Assembly: GCA_963775465.1 (NCBI GenBank)
Contig: CAVZIW010000015.1
Coordinates: 1-64,000 of the forward strand
Direction of reading: 5' to 3'
Length of the DNA: 64,000 bases
Source of the DNA: Candidatus Bathyarchaeota archaeon
Lineage (GTDB): Archaea; Thermoproteota; Bathyarchaeia; Bathyarchaeales; Bathycorpusculaceae
Position numbers and translations under genes: made by a program. The notes beneath the pieces were generated by a model. That model saw only the letters and a list, made by a program, of their open reading frames with translations, did no database searches and had not been told where the DNA came from. Within the stretch, counting starts at the first letter, position 1. Each line of letters opens with the position of its first letter. Positions 10,560 to 21,218 of this stretch are shown here, piece by piece.

Positions 10560-11447
10560 ATGAACAGACTTAACGGCTTCATACGGCTAATGCGCCCAAT
10601 AAACTGCACCATGATGGGATTCGCCGTCTTCGTTGGAGCAATCCTCGCCAGCATAGTTCCGACTCAGCCTACACTGCCCCAACTCGGAAATCTCAATTGG
10701 TTAAACATCCTCTTCGGGTTTATAACCGGATTTACTTTTTGCGCAGCAGCCATGGTTATAAACGATTACTATGATCGCAAAATCGATGCCATCAACGAAC
10801 CCCACCGCCCTATCCCCAGCGGCATGGTGAAACCCAAGGAAGCCCTTACGTTTATGGCAATCCTAATTGTTGCAGGCTTTGTATTTTCACTATTGGTAGC
10901 ACCGTTTGGTTTGCTTTGTTTTATAGTAGCAGCCGCTTCTCTAGCAATAACCGCTACCTACCTCACTGTTGGCAAACGCACTGGGCTACCGGGGAACTTT
11001 CTGGTAAGCATATGTGTAGCCATACCCTTCATCTATGGTAGCGTCACCGTCATTGGCACCGTCGGCTTAAATGTGGTTTTGTTTGCGTCCATGGCTTTTC
11101 TCTCCAACACAGGCAGAGAAATCACTAAAGGCATAGTAGATGTCAAAGGCGATAGATCAGAAAACGTAAAGACTCTGGCTGTACGCTATGGAGAAAACAA
11201 AGCAGCCCTAACTGCCGCGGTATTCTATGTTGCTGCAGTAGTTTTGACGCCTGTTACATGGTTTTTAGGGTTAGTGGGCGTCTGGTTTATCCCGTTTGTT
11301 TTAGTGACAGATGTAGGCCTTGTTGTTTGCTCGGCACTTTTACTTCTGGATCATTCCAGAGAAAAAGCACGAAGAATCAAGAATGTTGTTTTGCTGTTGT
11401 TCTTGATCGGGTTGATAGCTTACATATTCGGAGTCATTAAACCGTAA
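10560..11447 (+). CDS. UbiA prenyltransferase, probable digeranylgeranylglyceryl-phosphate synthase
   Basis: RP.N, NDYYDRKIDAINEPHRPIPSG, REITKGIVDVKGD; probable start MNRLNGF at 10560. Confidence 0.88.
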   Translation: MNRLNGFIRLMRPINCTMMGFAVFVGAILASIVPTQPTLPQLGNLNWLNILFGFITGFTFCAAAMVINDYYDRKIDAINEPHRPIPSGMVKPKEALTFMAILIVAGFVFSLLVAPFGLLCFIVAAASLAITATYLTVGKRTGLPGNFLVSICVAIPFIYGSVTVIGTVGLNVVLFASMAFLSNTGREITKGIVDVKGDRSENVKTLAVRYGENKAALTAAVFYVAAVVLTPVTWFLGLVGVWFIPFVLVTDVGLVVCSALLLLDHSREKARRIKNVVLLLFLIGLIAYIFGVIKP

Positions 11448-11467
11448 GATCATCAGCAATTTGGTTG

Positions 11468-11719
11468 TTAATCGATTATTTCTGCATGTGCAGTTTGGCC
11501 ACTTATTCGAATTATCTTTATTTTTACATGGGCTCCAAGCTTTGCATTAGGGACATATATAACTAAGCCCTGAACTTTGGCTACGCCTTCCTCTTTAGCA
11601 CTCAACTCAGAAATATCAACTTCCAATTCTTCGCCAATCTCAACGGGATAGCGTTTAAAGCCTTTGCCATGGCCTTGCCTTCCTTCATAGTTTCCCCCTT
11701 GTCTTTTTGAATAACTCAA
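11468..11719 (-). CDS. Stand-alone TRAM-domain RNA-binding protein
   Basis: PVEIGEELEVDI...EGVAKVQGLVIYVPNA.LG..VKIKI. Confidence 0.88.
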   Translation of the reverse strand: MSYSKRQGGNYEGRQGHGKGFKRYPVEIGEELEVDISELSAKEEGVAKVQGLVIYVPNAKLGAHVKIKIIRISGQTAHAEIID

Positions 11720-11965
11720 ATTAAAAACCCTGCCTTTGCTACTTGGACTATATACCTTTAAGGGCTTAAATCTTCCGTTGACAAAATGCTGTTAAGCGCT
11801 AGTTTTCCGAACAATATTTGCGTTTAATTACATATACTTATAAGCTACTAAGCACATTATAGTATATGCACATAAACATATTCGAGCTAACAGAAGAATA
11901 CACAAAACATCAACATAGCCATCTTATGAAGGAATAAGTGCTAAAAAAACAAAAGACGATGAATT

Positions 11966-12109
11966 ATGGGTCGAATAAGCATAGATCTTCCAGATACACT
12001 AGAAAAACAATTAAGGTTAAAAACCGTTGAGCGATTCGGCGGGAAAAAAGGCGACCTATCCCGCGCGGTTGAAGATGCCGTAAAAAAATGGGTAACGACA
12101 AAACAATAA
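11966..12109 (+). CDS. Ribbon-helix-helix (CopG/Arc-like) small DNA-binding protein, absent from the ORF track
   Basis: MGRISIDLPDTLEKQLRLKTVERFGGKKGDLSRAVEDAVKKWVTTKQ (47 aa): beta-strand then two helices. Confidence 0.8.
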   Translation: MGRISIDLPDTLEKQLRLKTVERFGGKKGDLSRAVEDAVKKWVTTKQ

Positions 12110-12284
12110 AGCACCATAAGATCCCATTAACCATATTCTAACGCTTTAAAAGAAAAGAATCAGGGGAAAGCCAACTTATTCTCTTAACGCACCAAGATAT
12201 TAAGTCCATGTTAAAAGCGAAAGTTGAGGTCCCCCGTTTTATAATGTAGAATAATAATCCGATTCGTAATACGGAGATGAAATA

Positions 12285-12437
12285 GTGATTGATAAAAAAT
12301 TGGAACTCGTATTTCTCGATAAAGACGGTAAGTTTTACCCTTTAGACGAGGTTGACAGCGCAGAATTAGCAAAGGGTCTGGAAAAGATCTCCAAGGAAAT
12401 TGCTGCCAGACTTCAGCTGCAAAAAGATCAGCGATAA
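12285..12437 (+). CDS. 50-aa hypothetical protein upstream of hsp20, absent from the ORF track
   Basis: GGAGATGA RBS, GTG start; MIDKKLELVFLDKDGKFYPLDEVDSAELAKGLEKISKEIAARLQLQKDQR. Confidence 0.6.
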   Translation: MIDKKLELVFLDKDGKFYPLDEVDSAELAKGLEKISKEIAARLQLQKDQR

Positions 12438-12469
12438 AATTTCAATAACAAATTAATCGAGGTGAAAAT

Positions 12470-13006
12470 ATGAGTAATCAACAAAAAAAGATTCCGTCCA
12501 AAGCAATAGCAAAAACTGCGTTAGTCAAACCTACGAAAAATATTCCCGTCAAGCACATACCAGCTGTTCATGTTCTGACAACCTTTGACGATTTAATGGA
12601 TAATTTCCGCAGAAACTTTATAGAAAGCATAGCCTTTCCATTTGATTGGATAAGTCTTGAACCAGTTGTTCCAGTCAGAGAAGCAACCGTAGATCTGGTT
12701 GATGAAGATAACAGGTTTGTTGTGCATGCTGAGCTGCCGGGCGTAGCTAAAGACAAAATCGACGTAGCCCTGACTGAGGATGGCATTGAAATCTCCGCTG
12801 AAACAGATGTTCAAAATGAAAACAAGGGCAAAAACTTTGTTATGAGAGAGCGATTCTATTCACATGTTTACAAGCAACTATCTTTTCCCGAAAAAGTAAT
12901 CCCTGAGAAAGCTGAATCCACATACAAAAATGGACTCCTTGAAGTATGCATCCCCAAAAAGACGATTGCACCCGCGCCTAAAAAACACAAAGTGCTAGTT
13001 AGATAG
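12470..13006 (+). CDS. hsp20: Hsp20/alpha-crystallin small heat shock protein
   Basis: VDLVDE...VHAELPGV.KDKI, ER, YKNGLLEVCIPK; GAGGTGA RBS. Confidence 0.92.
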   Translation: MSNQQKKIPSKAIAKTALVKPTKNIPVKHIPAVHVLTTFDDLMDNFRRNFIESIAFPFDWISLEPVVPVREATVDLVDEDNRFVVHAELPGVAKDKIDVALTEDGIEISAETDVQNENKGKNFVMRERFYSHVYKQLSFPEKVIPEKAESTYKNGLLEVCIPKKTIAPAPKKHKVLVR

Positions 13007-13021
13007 CATCTTTGAGAAGCG

Positions 13022-13246
13022 CTATTGATTGGTTCTTTGTCTGTCTAATGTTTCTTTGCTTACTTTTCTTTTTCCCAGACCACCGTTGTGCGCACTCAAA
13101 ACAAATTGCATCGTGCTTCCTCGGAAGAATTCTCTAAACTGATTTCCACATTTGGTACAATTATACATTTTAACATGAAAGCGCCCAAAGTCCCATTCTT
13201 TATCAGGACCCAAAGTGTGTTTTTCACAATTAGGACATCTCGGCAT
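13022..13246 (-). CDS. Small zinc-ribbon protein, possibly Cren7-like
   Basis: MPRCPNC...PDKEWDFGRFHVKMYNCTKCGNQFRE with a basic tail. Confidence 0.7.
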   Translation of the reverse strand: MPRCPNCEKHTLGPDKEWDFGRFHVKMYNCTKCGNQFREFFRGSTMQFVLSAHNGGLGKRKVSKETLDRQRTNQ

Positions 13247-13669
13247 AATTTCCATCCAATAATAGAAGAGATAAGAAGACTATTTAAGTTCACTAAATTT
13301 AGATTTTAAGAATAGGCTTTAGTAATACTAAAAATGACCTTAATCCTCTTCTGATTAAGGGAAATGCTCTCTAAGAGCTTCCAAAAGTCTCAGCAAGTTT
13401 GGAATGAATTGGGTTTACCGCATTAAAATAGGCAATAGTCAAACCTTCCAATTCATGGTAGATTGGCTAAATTTTTTCACTAGTTTAAATCCCAGTGTAC
13501 CAATATGTATGTTGTCCAGTCATGGGTTTTGGAATAGTTGAAAGCGTCAAGTTTCCAGTTTTTGTCGGTCAACCCCTCATCATAAGGCATTAAATGGAAG
13601 CCGAACGAATTCCAAAAACGTGGACTAGGCTAAAGAAAAATATCTGAATAATATTGAGGAAAGAATAAC

Positions 13670-15313
13670 ATGGCATATTTAACACAAACCCAAAGTGGTC
13701 AACCTGTACTGATCCTAAAAGAAGGAACAACTCGAAGTAGAGGTAAAGAAGCTCAGCGAAACAACATAATGGCAGCTCGAGTAATCGGTGAAGTGCTAAA
13801 AACAACCTTAGGTCCAAGAGGCATGGACAAAATGCTCATCGACTCTCTTGGAGACATCACCATAACAAACGATGGTGCCACAATTCTTAAAGAAATTGAC
13901 GTGGAACATCCAGCAGCAAAAATGATGATTGAAATCGCCAAAACTCAAGACGACATGGTAGGCGACGGAACCACAACCGTTGTAGTTCTAGCAAGCGAAC
14001 TTCTTAAGAAAGCCGAAGAGCTCCTGGACCAAAAAATCCACCCAATGGTACTCGTTGCAGGATACCGCAAAGCTGCACAGAAAGCAATTGAAATCATGGC
14101 GAAAAACGCGGTGGTCATTGATGTTGATGATAAAAAAATGATGATGAAAGTTGCTTTGACTTCCATGGGGAGCAAAGCTGTGGGTGGTGCTAAAGAGCAC
14201 TTCGCAGAAATCGCCATAGAATCGGTAAAGCAGATAGCCCAGAAGAATGAGAACCAGATTATTGCTGACATAGATAACATACAACTGGTAAAGAAAACCG
14301 GTAAAAGTCTAATCGAGACGCAACTAATCCGAGGCATTATCATAGATAAAGAAGTCGTCAACCCAGGGATGCCTAAAAAGAAGGAGAACGCTAAAATTGC
14401 GCTTTTAGATATAGCATTAGAAATTGAAAAAACTGAAATGACCGCGGAAATACGTATCCATGAGCCAAACCAGATGAAAGCTTTCCTCGACCAAGAAGAC
14501 AGCACACTCAAAGAAATGGTAACAAAGATCAAAGCTTCAGGTGCAAACGTTGTGTTTTGCCAGAAAGGCATTGATGATATGGTTCAACATTTTCTATCCA
14601 AAGAAGGCATAATCGCAGCAAGACGCGTAAAAGAATCGGATATGGAGAAACTCGCGAGAGCTACAGGCGGACGAATATCCTCTAACTTAAGTGATCTAAA
14701 GGCGGCTGACTTGGGTTTTGCCGGCTTAGTGGAAGAGCGCAAAATCGGCGACGACAAAATGATCTTTGTCGAAAAATGCAAAGATCCGCATTCAGTAGCT
14801 ATACTAATACGTGCAGGGCTTGAAAGAATGGTTGATGAAGCAGAGAGAGTCATAATCGATGCTTTGTCAGTAATTTCAGACGTCATAGAAAACAATAAAA
14901 TCGTAGCTGGCGGCGGGGCAATCGAAATTGAAATCGCCAAAGAACTACGTAAATATTCAACCAAAGTTGGAGGAAGACAACAACTAGCAGTAGAGGCTTT
15001 CGCTGATGCCGTTGAAGTCATACCGCGCACGCTTGCAGAGAACGGAGGGTTAGAACCAATCGACATACTCATAAGTCTGCGTCAAGTACACGACAAAGAG
15101 GACGGCAAATACATTGGCATCAACATATTTACTGGTAAACTGCAAAACAGCATTGAAAACGGCATTATCGAACCAATAGTGGTCAAAGAACAAGCCTTCA
15201 AATCTGCAGCAGAATCAGCAGCGATGATCTTACGCGTTGATGACATCATAACAGGCAAATCTCCGAAAGGAGGACCAGCCGGAGGAATGCCAGGCGGCAT
15301 GGGAGAAGAATAA
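13670..15313 (+). CDS. ths: Thermosome (group II chaperonin) subunit
   Basis: [31 protein letters not shown] and GGMPGGM tail. Confidence 0.97.
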   Translation: MAYLTQTQSGQPVLILKEGTTRSRGKEAQRNNIMAARVIGEVLKTTLGPRGMDKMLIDSLGDITITNDGATILKEIDVEHPAAKMMIEIAKTQDDMVGDGTTTVVVLASELLKKAEELLDQKIHPMVLVAGYRKAAQKAIEIMAKNAVVIDVDDKKMMMKVALTSMGSKAVGGAKEHFAEIAIESVKQIAQKNENQIIADIDNIQLVKKTGKSLIETQLIRGIIIDKEVVNPGMPKKKENAKIALLDIALEIEKTEMTAEIRIHEPNQMKAFLDQEDSTLKEMVTKIKASGANVVFCQKGIDDMVQHFLSKEGIIAARRVKESDMEKLARATGGRISSNLSDLKAADLGFAGLVEERKIGDDKMIFVEKCKDPHSVAILIRAGLERMVDEAERVIIDALSVISDVIENNKIVAGGGAIEIEIAKELRKYSTKVGGRQQLAVEAFADAVEVIPRTLAENGGLEPIDILISLRQVHDKEDGKYIGINIFTGKLQNSIENGIIEPIVVKEQAFKSAAESAAMILRVDDIITGKSPKGGPAGGMPGGMGEE

Positions 15314-15463
15314 TTTTCCCCCTTTAATTCTATAATGAAAACAACGATCAACACATCATATTTGTCAGCCTGCTTATTGTTTATATCTTGGTTTTGCCTA
15401 CTTCTATTCGGAAGCTTTCTTGTGACTATATTTTTAATAGGAATTTGGAGTGTGAAAATTTAA

Positions 15464-15772
15464 ATGGTTAGTTCAATCGTGTCTTTGCCCGTAAAGTGGG
15501 AAAAGTATCTGAAACAGTTAGCTGACGATCATCAAGTTGACCTGAATGGTGTTATCCGAGAATTGTGCGAGTGGGCTTTTTCCAATTCGGAAAGCAAAAA
15601 ACAGTTTAAAGCATGGCTAGATGATGCTTTTCCGCCTCAAGGCGAAGCTGAGGACAAAGCAAGAGCTACTGGTGACAGAGAAAGAACGCGAGAGGAAGAA
15701 TTGGAAGAAAAATCCGAAGAAGAAGTCCATGAGGACAGAGACTACAGTGAAGACCGAGATATGCGTTCCTGA
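15464..15772 (+). CDS. Hypothetical protein with RHH-like N-terminus and acidic charged tail
   Basis: IVSLPVKWEKYLKQLA...LNGVIRELCEW; GGAGTGTGA upstream. Confidence 0.65.
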   Translation: MVSSIVSLPVKWEKYLKQLADDHQVDLNGVIRELCEWAFSNSESKKQFKAWLDDAFPPQGEAEDKARATGDRERTREEELEEKSEEEVHEDRDYSEDRDMRS

Positions 15773-15989
15773 GTTTATAGCAGCCAACTATTCTTTGTTA
15801 CATCTCCAACACGCAAACAAAAAAATTTAATTTAAATTATGCCCTGCCGCTTCTGCCTGTCTGCAAGACATCGAGCAATCATAAAAAATCCATTTATTCA
15901 TCTTACCGAAGAAAAACAGCGATGTTTGTTTTTATAGATGAATCATATTTAAGTTTGAACAACTTCGAGAGCTCAGGTCTTATCTAATT

Positions 15990-16994
15990 ATGCAACAAAA
16001 AATTATTGGTCAATACTTAGAACCTCTATGGTTAGGCATGCGGATTTACCGCGGTTTTATGTTGAATTTGTTAGGAGGGAAAGTTCCGTTTTTTTGTGGG
16101 CACAAGTTGACTTATAATTGTAATCTTAAATGTAAAATGTGTCCTTTTTGGAAAAGATCCGCTCAAGATTCAAGTTTTGAGCAAGAAAAAGTGATTTTGA
16201 AACAGATTTATAATTCTGGGGCTTGCGGAGTTGCTTTTGAAGGCGGCGAACCGCTGCTTAGGCGTGATTTGATTGATATTCTTGCTTTCTCTCGGTCTTT
16301 GCCTTTACATACCAGCCTAATAACTAACGGTACGTTACTCGAATCTAAGATAGATCAGATAGCTCCCTTCATCAACGGGGTTGTTTATGTATCGTTAGAC
16401 GGTCTTAGGAAAACTCATGATTCTATCCGCGGAGTCGATGGCTGTTTTGAGAAAGCGGTTCGTGGCATAGATGCTGCAAAAGAAAAAGTTGCTGTTACAA
16501 TTAACACTACCATTATGGCGGAGAATGTTGATGAGGTTGAAAGTTTGGTGGGCTTGTCTAGAGAGTTAGGAGTAAGAATATCAGTGGCCGTTGCCCATGA
16601 TTACTGCAGTACCGTTGCTTCTTCTCCTGCTATTGACAGCATACCAAAAATTGCCAATAGGCTCATTGAAATGAAACGAGAAGGCTACCCGATTGTCAAT
16701 TCAATTGAATACTTCAAAGTATTAACAAAAGAGAAAAAATGGCGGTGCAAGCCATGGGCGATGATAAACGTCGATCCTAACGGAAAAATTGTTTTACCAT
16801 GCTATGTTCACAATGACTATGATAGCAGTGTTTCAATAATTGACAGGGGCATTAGTGGTGCTGTTTCTGATTTTGACTGGAAAAAAGTAGAAAATTGCAG
16901 TAAATGTAACCTTCATTGCTACGTTGAGCCTTCCTTGGTGATTTCAAGAGATATTAAAACATACATACATTGGGCATTTCGAGTCAGCATCTAA
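15990..16994 (+). CDS. Radical SAM protein with SPASM/twitch domain
   Basis: CNLKCKMC, GGEPLL, ITNG, SLDG; C-terminal C..W..G.I.PC and CSKC..HC. Confidence 0.9.
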   Translation: MQQKIIGQYLEPLWLGMRIYRGFMLNLLGGKVPFFCGHKLTYNCNLKCKMCPFWKRSAQDSSFEQEKVILKQIYNSGACGVAFEGGEPLLRRDLIDILAFSRSLPLHTSLITNGTLLESKIDQIAPFINGVVYVSLDGLRKTHDSIRGVDGCFEKAVRGIDAAKEKVAVTINTTIMAENVDEVESLVGLSRELGVRISVAVAHDYCSTVASSPAIDSIPKIANRLIEMKREGYPIVNSIEYFKVLTKEKKWRCKPWAMINVDPNGKIVLPCYVHNDYDSSVSIIDRGISGAVSDFDWKKVENCSKCNLHCYVEPSLVISRDIKTYIHWAFRVSI

Positions 16995-17101
16995 ATTTTA
17001 AGCAATCATCTATTCTGAAACATATTTTCTTTACTATCGATTTGCTTCTCAAGAATTTGACAAACAAAATAAAAAAAGCTATGTTAGAGCTTAAAAAAAG
17101 G

Positions 17102-19129
17102 TTAAGTTAGGTTTATTGTTGCGATCTTTGAGAGGTCCGTTAAGCTGTTTAGCTGCACTTCTGAGTTGGATACTGTGTATAGCGTATTGTCGATGTAGAG
17201 TGAACGTGTTATCCACTGATTAGACGTGTTATAGTACTCCATTGGGTTGGTTAATTGTCCTTGGCTGTTTAGCAAGGTAGCGTTAATCTGCGTTATTGTT
17301 CCTTTGAGAGTTATGCCGCCCGAAGTTGAAACACTAAAGACGTAAGCTCCCTGCCAAACCATATCGCCGTAAGCTGGGAAACTTGACGGATACTGCTGCA
17401 CTAACGTTTGATTTATGATTGCCAAGTCGACTGGTATTACGAGCAGGTTTTTACTTTGGGCAAACAGGAAAGCTTTTGGATCGTTCAACGCTGCCGAATC
17501 TGTCCCTCTATCCCCAATGACAAAGTTTGCCATCTGAACAGGGTTCGCTACGTCGCTAACATCAAACAACGCAACTTTTAAGCCTTGGTACCATGCAAAA
17601 TTACTTTGATCTGAAGCAATAGCTTCTTTGCCAATGCCGATTAAGTGTGTAGCATCTAAGGGATGAAGGTAATCGCTGTATCCTGGGATTTTGAGTTCCC
17701 CGAGTACTTTGGGGTTTTCGGGTTGGCTTAAGTCTAAGACAAATAGGGGGTCCGTTTGAATGAATGTCACAAGGTAACCTTTTTCGCCCATGAATCTGAC
17801 TGCATGAAGATTCTCACCTTGTCCGAGGCCTTCTATTTTGCCGATTGTTTTGAGGGATTGGTCAAGGACATAGACGTTGTTTGTTTGAGATGGAGCTGTT
17901 GTTGTAGAGCTGGTTATTGTGTATTGGTAAAGGTGGGTGGCTACTCGGAGGTTTCCGTTGTATTCATCCATGGAGTATTGGTCTATTACGTAGCCTGGAA
18001 TGTTGCCTTGGGCTTCTAAGCTGAGTTGCAAGCCGTTAATTTTTACTCTGTAGATTGAGGTTAAGTCTGTGCCGTTTGCCCAATTTGGGTAGGCTATGTA
18101 GATGTTGTCGGGTGAGACATACATGGTGCTTGCGCCGCTCATAAGTACAGTCATGTTGGTGGGTTCCTGTTGATCATCCATTAGGTTTATGCCGTAGAAG
18201 CTTGTGAATGAGTAGTAGTTGGATTGGTTCATGTCTGCATAGTAGATGCTAGTCGGTGAGGAGGCGTATGCTTCTCCATCCTTATAGACTGTTGGAACCA
18301 ATACAGCTTCATCGTACACAAATGCATTTTGACTAGTTACTTCGTACAGGTAGTCGCCTATCATTCGAGAGTTGAAATAGCTTCCACTTACCGTAAAGTT
18401 GCGGGTTAAAACTGGGTTGGCTTTGCTGGTTATATCATAAACGTAGATGGAGGTAGACGCATAACTAAAGTAGGGAAAAATCATTATTTCTCTTGACGCT
18501 AAACCCGTGGCGTATATGTATTTGTTTACTAGAACTGCAAGTCGACTGCTGTCAGAACTTACGAACAAGCCGATAGGTGTAGAGGTGTCATCAAGAGAGA
18601 TTTTAGAGACAACTTTAGCATCTTGAGGATCTGCATTAAGAATGTATATTTTATTGTTTGCTTGTTGAGAGTCACCTAAGTAATGCACATAGCTACCTTG
18701 CGCGTTCGATAGTGTGTAGATATATTGTCCATCAGTTTTTACAGTGTCTGCTTCATCGACACCTGCAACTTGAATGTTGGTGGATGAATAGTCTGAGCTC
18801 ATGTCATAAGTGCCGGTGGATTGTGCTGCCGGCATCGGTGCCATGTTTTCAATACCTAAACCTTTTCCTCCAGAATAATATCCTTGCGAGGCGTCAGCAA
18901 GATAACTTTTCAATTCCTCAACCGAGGCAAAAGTTTTCATTCCATCAACGCTGGGAGATTGAATTAAGTTTGTTCCCGAACCAGGCGAGCCATTATCGCC
19001 AGGAGCCTGGGAAGATGGAAAATTGGGCGTTGAACCGAATGCGTAAACCATCGAAATTAGAATTATTGCGCAAAGAATTGCCGCTGTTCCATAAAGTGTG
19101 GTTTTCTTCTTAACTTCTTTCTGAACCAT
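17102..19129 (-). CDS. Membrane-anchored beta-propeller domain protein (Beta_propel family)
   Basis: STNIQVAGVDEADTVKTDG, SMDEY.G.LRVAT, VRF.G...YLVTF...DPLFVLDL, GELKIPGYSDYLHP. Confidence 0.88.
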   Translation of the reverse strand: MVQKEVKKKTTLYGTAAILCAIILISMVYAFGSTPNFPSSQAPGDNGSPGSGTNLIQSPSVDGMKTFASVEELKSYLADASQGYYSGGKGLGIENMAPMPAAQSTGTYDMSSDYSSTNIQVAGVDEADTVKTDGQYIYTLSNAQGSYVHYLGDSQQANNKIYILNADPQDAKVVSKISLDDTSTPIGLFVSSDSSRLAVLVNKYIYATGLASREIMIFPYFSYASTSIYVYDITSKANPVLTRNFTVSGSYFNSRMIGDYLYEVTSQNAFVYDEAVLVPTVYKDGEAYASSPTSIYYADMNQSNYYSFTSFYGINLMDDQQEPTNMTVLMSGASTMYVSPDNIYIAYPNWANGTDLTSIYRVKINGLQLSLEAQGNIPGYVIDQYSMDEYNGNLRVATHLYQYTITSSTTTAPSQTNNVYVLDQSLKTIGKIEGLGQGENLHAVRFMGEKGYLVTFIQTDPLFVLDLSQPENPKVLGELKIPGYSDYLHPLDATHLIGIGKEAIASDQSNFAWYQGLKVALFDVSDVANPVQMANFVIGDRGTDSAALNDPKAFLFAQSKNLLVIPVDLAIINQTLVQQYPSSFPAYGDMVWQGAYVFSVSTSGGITLKGTITQINATLLNSQGQLTNPMEYYNTSNQWITRSLYIDNTLYTVSNSEVQLNSLTDLSKIATINLT

Positions 19130-19202
19130 GAACTAATTCTCCTGTCATACCATATTTTTGTTTTTATATTATCCTAAGCATGCGAACAACCTGTTCTAAT
19201 TG

Positions 19203-19649
19203 TTAGAATGGCCTCATTTGCCAAACACGATATGCTTCATACCAAAAGATTATGCATACAATTGCCCCAAAAGAAATGATGAACAAGTTATCTCGAGTAA
19301 GACTGTGAACCAGCAACAAGAGGTAGCTCGCATAGAACACAGTTGAGAACAAAGCGTAGAAGAAGAACCTTGGAAACAAGAGCTTGCCCAATTTTACGTA
19401 GTGCCGCAGAACCCCGATTTTGACTTCTCCAACCAAAGAGTAGTGTCCGCCCACTTCTTCTTTTTGCACTAAACCTAATTCTTGTAGCTGTTCAAGATGG
19501 TGGAAAGCAATGCTGGGGCTGCTAAAATGTAACGCTCTTTGGACTTCTCGGACACCAACTGGACTGCCTGTTTTCAATAGAAACCAGTAAACTCTCCAGG
19601 CTTTGCCTCGTAGAGCATACTCAAGCTCTGTTTCGTTGCTCTCCCTCAA
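19203..19649 (-). CDS. Winged-HTH regulator with two C-terminal TM helices
   Basis: GVREVQRALHFSSPSIAFHHLEQL..LGLV followed by two hydrophobic segments. Confidence 0.85.
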   Translation of the reverse strand: MRESNETELEYALRGKAWRVYWFLLKTGSPVGVREVQRALHFSSPSIAFHHLEQLQELGLVQKEEVGGHYSLVGEVKIGVLRHYVKLGKLLFPRFFFYALFSTVFYASYLLLLVHSLTRDNLFIISFGAIVCIIFWYEAYRVWQMRPF

Positions 19650-19829
19650 GAAGTGTAGTCCTCAGAGGCATATCGTAGCTGGCTAAATATAAGTCCAATT
19701 GTTAGAACAATTCATTCTATTAGCAGTGCATGTTATTTTTGTTGTCTTTGGTTATTTTGCAGTGCCTCTCTATTTTCTGGTTTTAGATAAAATATTGTTT
19801 TTTTGTTCTTAGCGCGTTTAAGTTCAGAT

Positions 19830-21218
19830 TTAAGATTGGTTTTCTTCTAATCCCCAAAAGCTGAGAATAGGTTCATTATCAACATATTTGCGAACTCGAA
19901 TGTTATCAAAAAAGACGCTAGCGCCATAATGATTCTGCAGAGATATTTCCCCATTGTTTGCATATTCGTTGTTGCTAACGGTTGATTTTAACACATCATT
20001 ACTATACATTTTGAAAATGGATCCAATAACTTCGATTCTTACATTTTGCCATTGATTAGGTAAACCACATCTAGTTATTGAGGATCCAAAGCCACCCCAC
20101 CCATTGTATGCTGGCTTCATCCATGGAGATTCTGATCCAGATCGACAATCCCATCTTGCTTTGTATCCAACATTGTTGCTGTAAATGCCTCTGAAGCCTA
20201 TTTCTGGAAGAGCGCTTGTCGATGGAAAAATATCTGCCTCTATAATTCCATCATGAAAATCAGTGTAGCTAGCACTTGAACCAAGAACAGTGTGACCATA
20301 AGGGCTTGATGTGGTTCCTCCATCAAGAACAAGATGACCAGAGTTGATGTAAATGTGAGCGCCGTTTACTTCTTTTGTCCACTTGCTTAAATCGCTACTG
20401 AAGTCGTCATAGAAGATGAAAGTGGCACTCCCATTGCTCATCGAAGACGCTTCATTGTTACCATAATACATGAATATGGTCTGAGATTGCGCAGTTAAAT
20501 TCCCTGGTATTTTGACCCAGAATGTGGCAGTTGCAGAATCAATCTTGCTTTCTAACCAATAAGATATCAAAGTCTGCTTATCTGATTGAGCAAATCTTAC
20601 ATCTCCAAAGTCAGTTTTTGCTTTGTTTTCCAAGTAAACATTTTCGCCCTCATCATCGCCGACTCCATAATTCACTATAAATTTAATTGTATAGTCTGTT
20701 CCGGCGGTAGCTACAGAACCGTCGATTAGAAGACTTTTTCTGAAGTTCCATCCAGACAACCACTGAGTACTGGGAGTTTGTGAACCATCTGAAATGTTGG
20801 TTGCTTCAGCGGTAAACAAGAGAGTGTTGCCTTTCTCAGTTGTGATTTTTATTGTATATTTTGCATTAGGAGCAAAAGAGTGCGGATTAATAATCAGGAC
20901 ATTTGCGTAAGTGCCTTTGTTGATGATTAAGCTGTATGTTGGTCCGGTTGTTGTCATGTTGGCTGTTTTGCCGTCTATTGTCGCGCTTTGAAGAGTTACA
21001 CTTGATGCACCGGCATTTAGGATGGTGACGTTCACGGAATTCTCAGGGCTATTTGGGAAGGCTACGTTGATTATTTTTGTTTGCTCGGCATTTCCCATAA
21101 GTCCAATGGTCATTCCACCCATCCAAGATGCGACAACAACAGCAACTGCAACAGTCACAGCTATAAGAATGATTGAAGCAATGACTGGACTTAGAGCTGT
21201 ACTATTTCTATTTGTCAA
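19830..21218 (-). CDS. Archaeal pilin-like protein fused to a DUF2341-like domain and a concanavalin-like domain
   Basis: Class III signal A|LSPVIASIILIAVTVAVA; W..RK, DFGDVRF, FWVKIP, YYGN, FIFYDDF, DNIRVRKY. Confidence 0.8.
   Translation of the reverse strand: MTNRNSTALSPVIASIILIAVTVAVAVVVASWMGGMTIGLMGNAEQTKIINVAFPNSPENSVNVTILNAGASSVTLQSATIDGKTANMTTTGPTYSLIINKGTYANVLIINPHSFAPNAKYTIKITTEKGNTLLFTAEATNISDGSQTPSTQWLSGWNFRKSLLIDGSVATAGTDYTIKFIVNYGVGDDEGENVYLENKAKTDFGDVRFAQSDKQTLISYWLESKIDSATATFWVKIPGNLTAQSQTIFMYYGNNEASSMSNGSATFIFYDDFSSDLSKWTKEVNGAHIYINSGHLVLDGGTTSSPYGHTVLGSSASYTDFHDGIIEADIFPSTSALPEIGFRGIYSNNVGYKARWDCRSGSESPWMKPAYNGWGGFGSSITRCGLPNQWQNVRIEVIGSIFKMYSNDVLKSTVSNNEYANNGEISLQNHYGASVFFDNIRVRKYVDNEPILSFWGLEENQS

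Noticed and set aside
13330-13625. Protein-like minus-strand fragments upstream of the thermosome
   Set aside because: Multiple stops and no recognisable family; cannot be supported without a search.
13590-15354. Long antisense ORFs over the thermosome, and similar ones over propeller genes
   Set aside because: Shadow frames of strongly biased coding sequence with no recognisable motifs.
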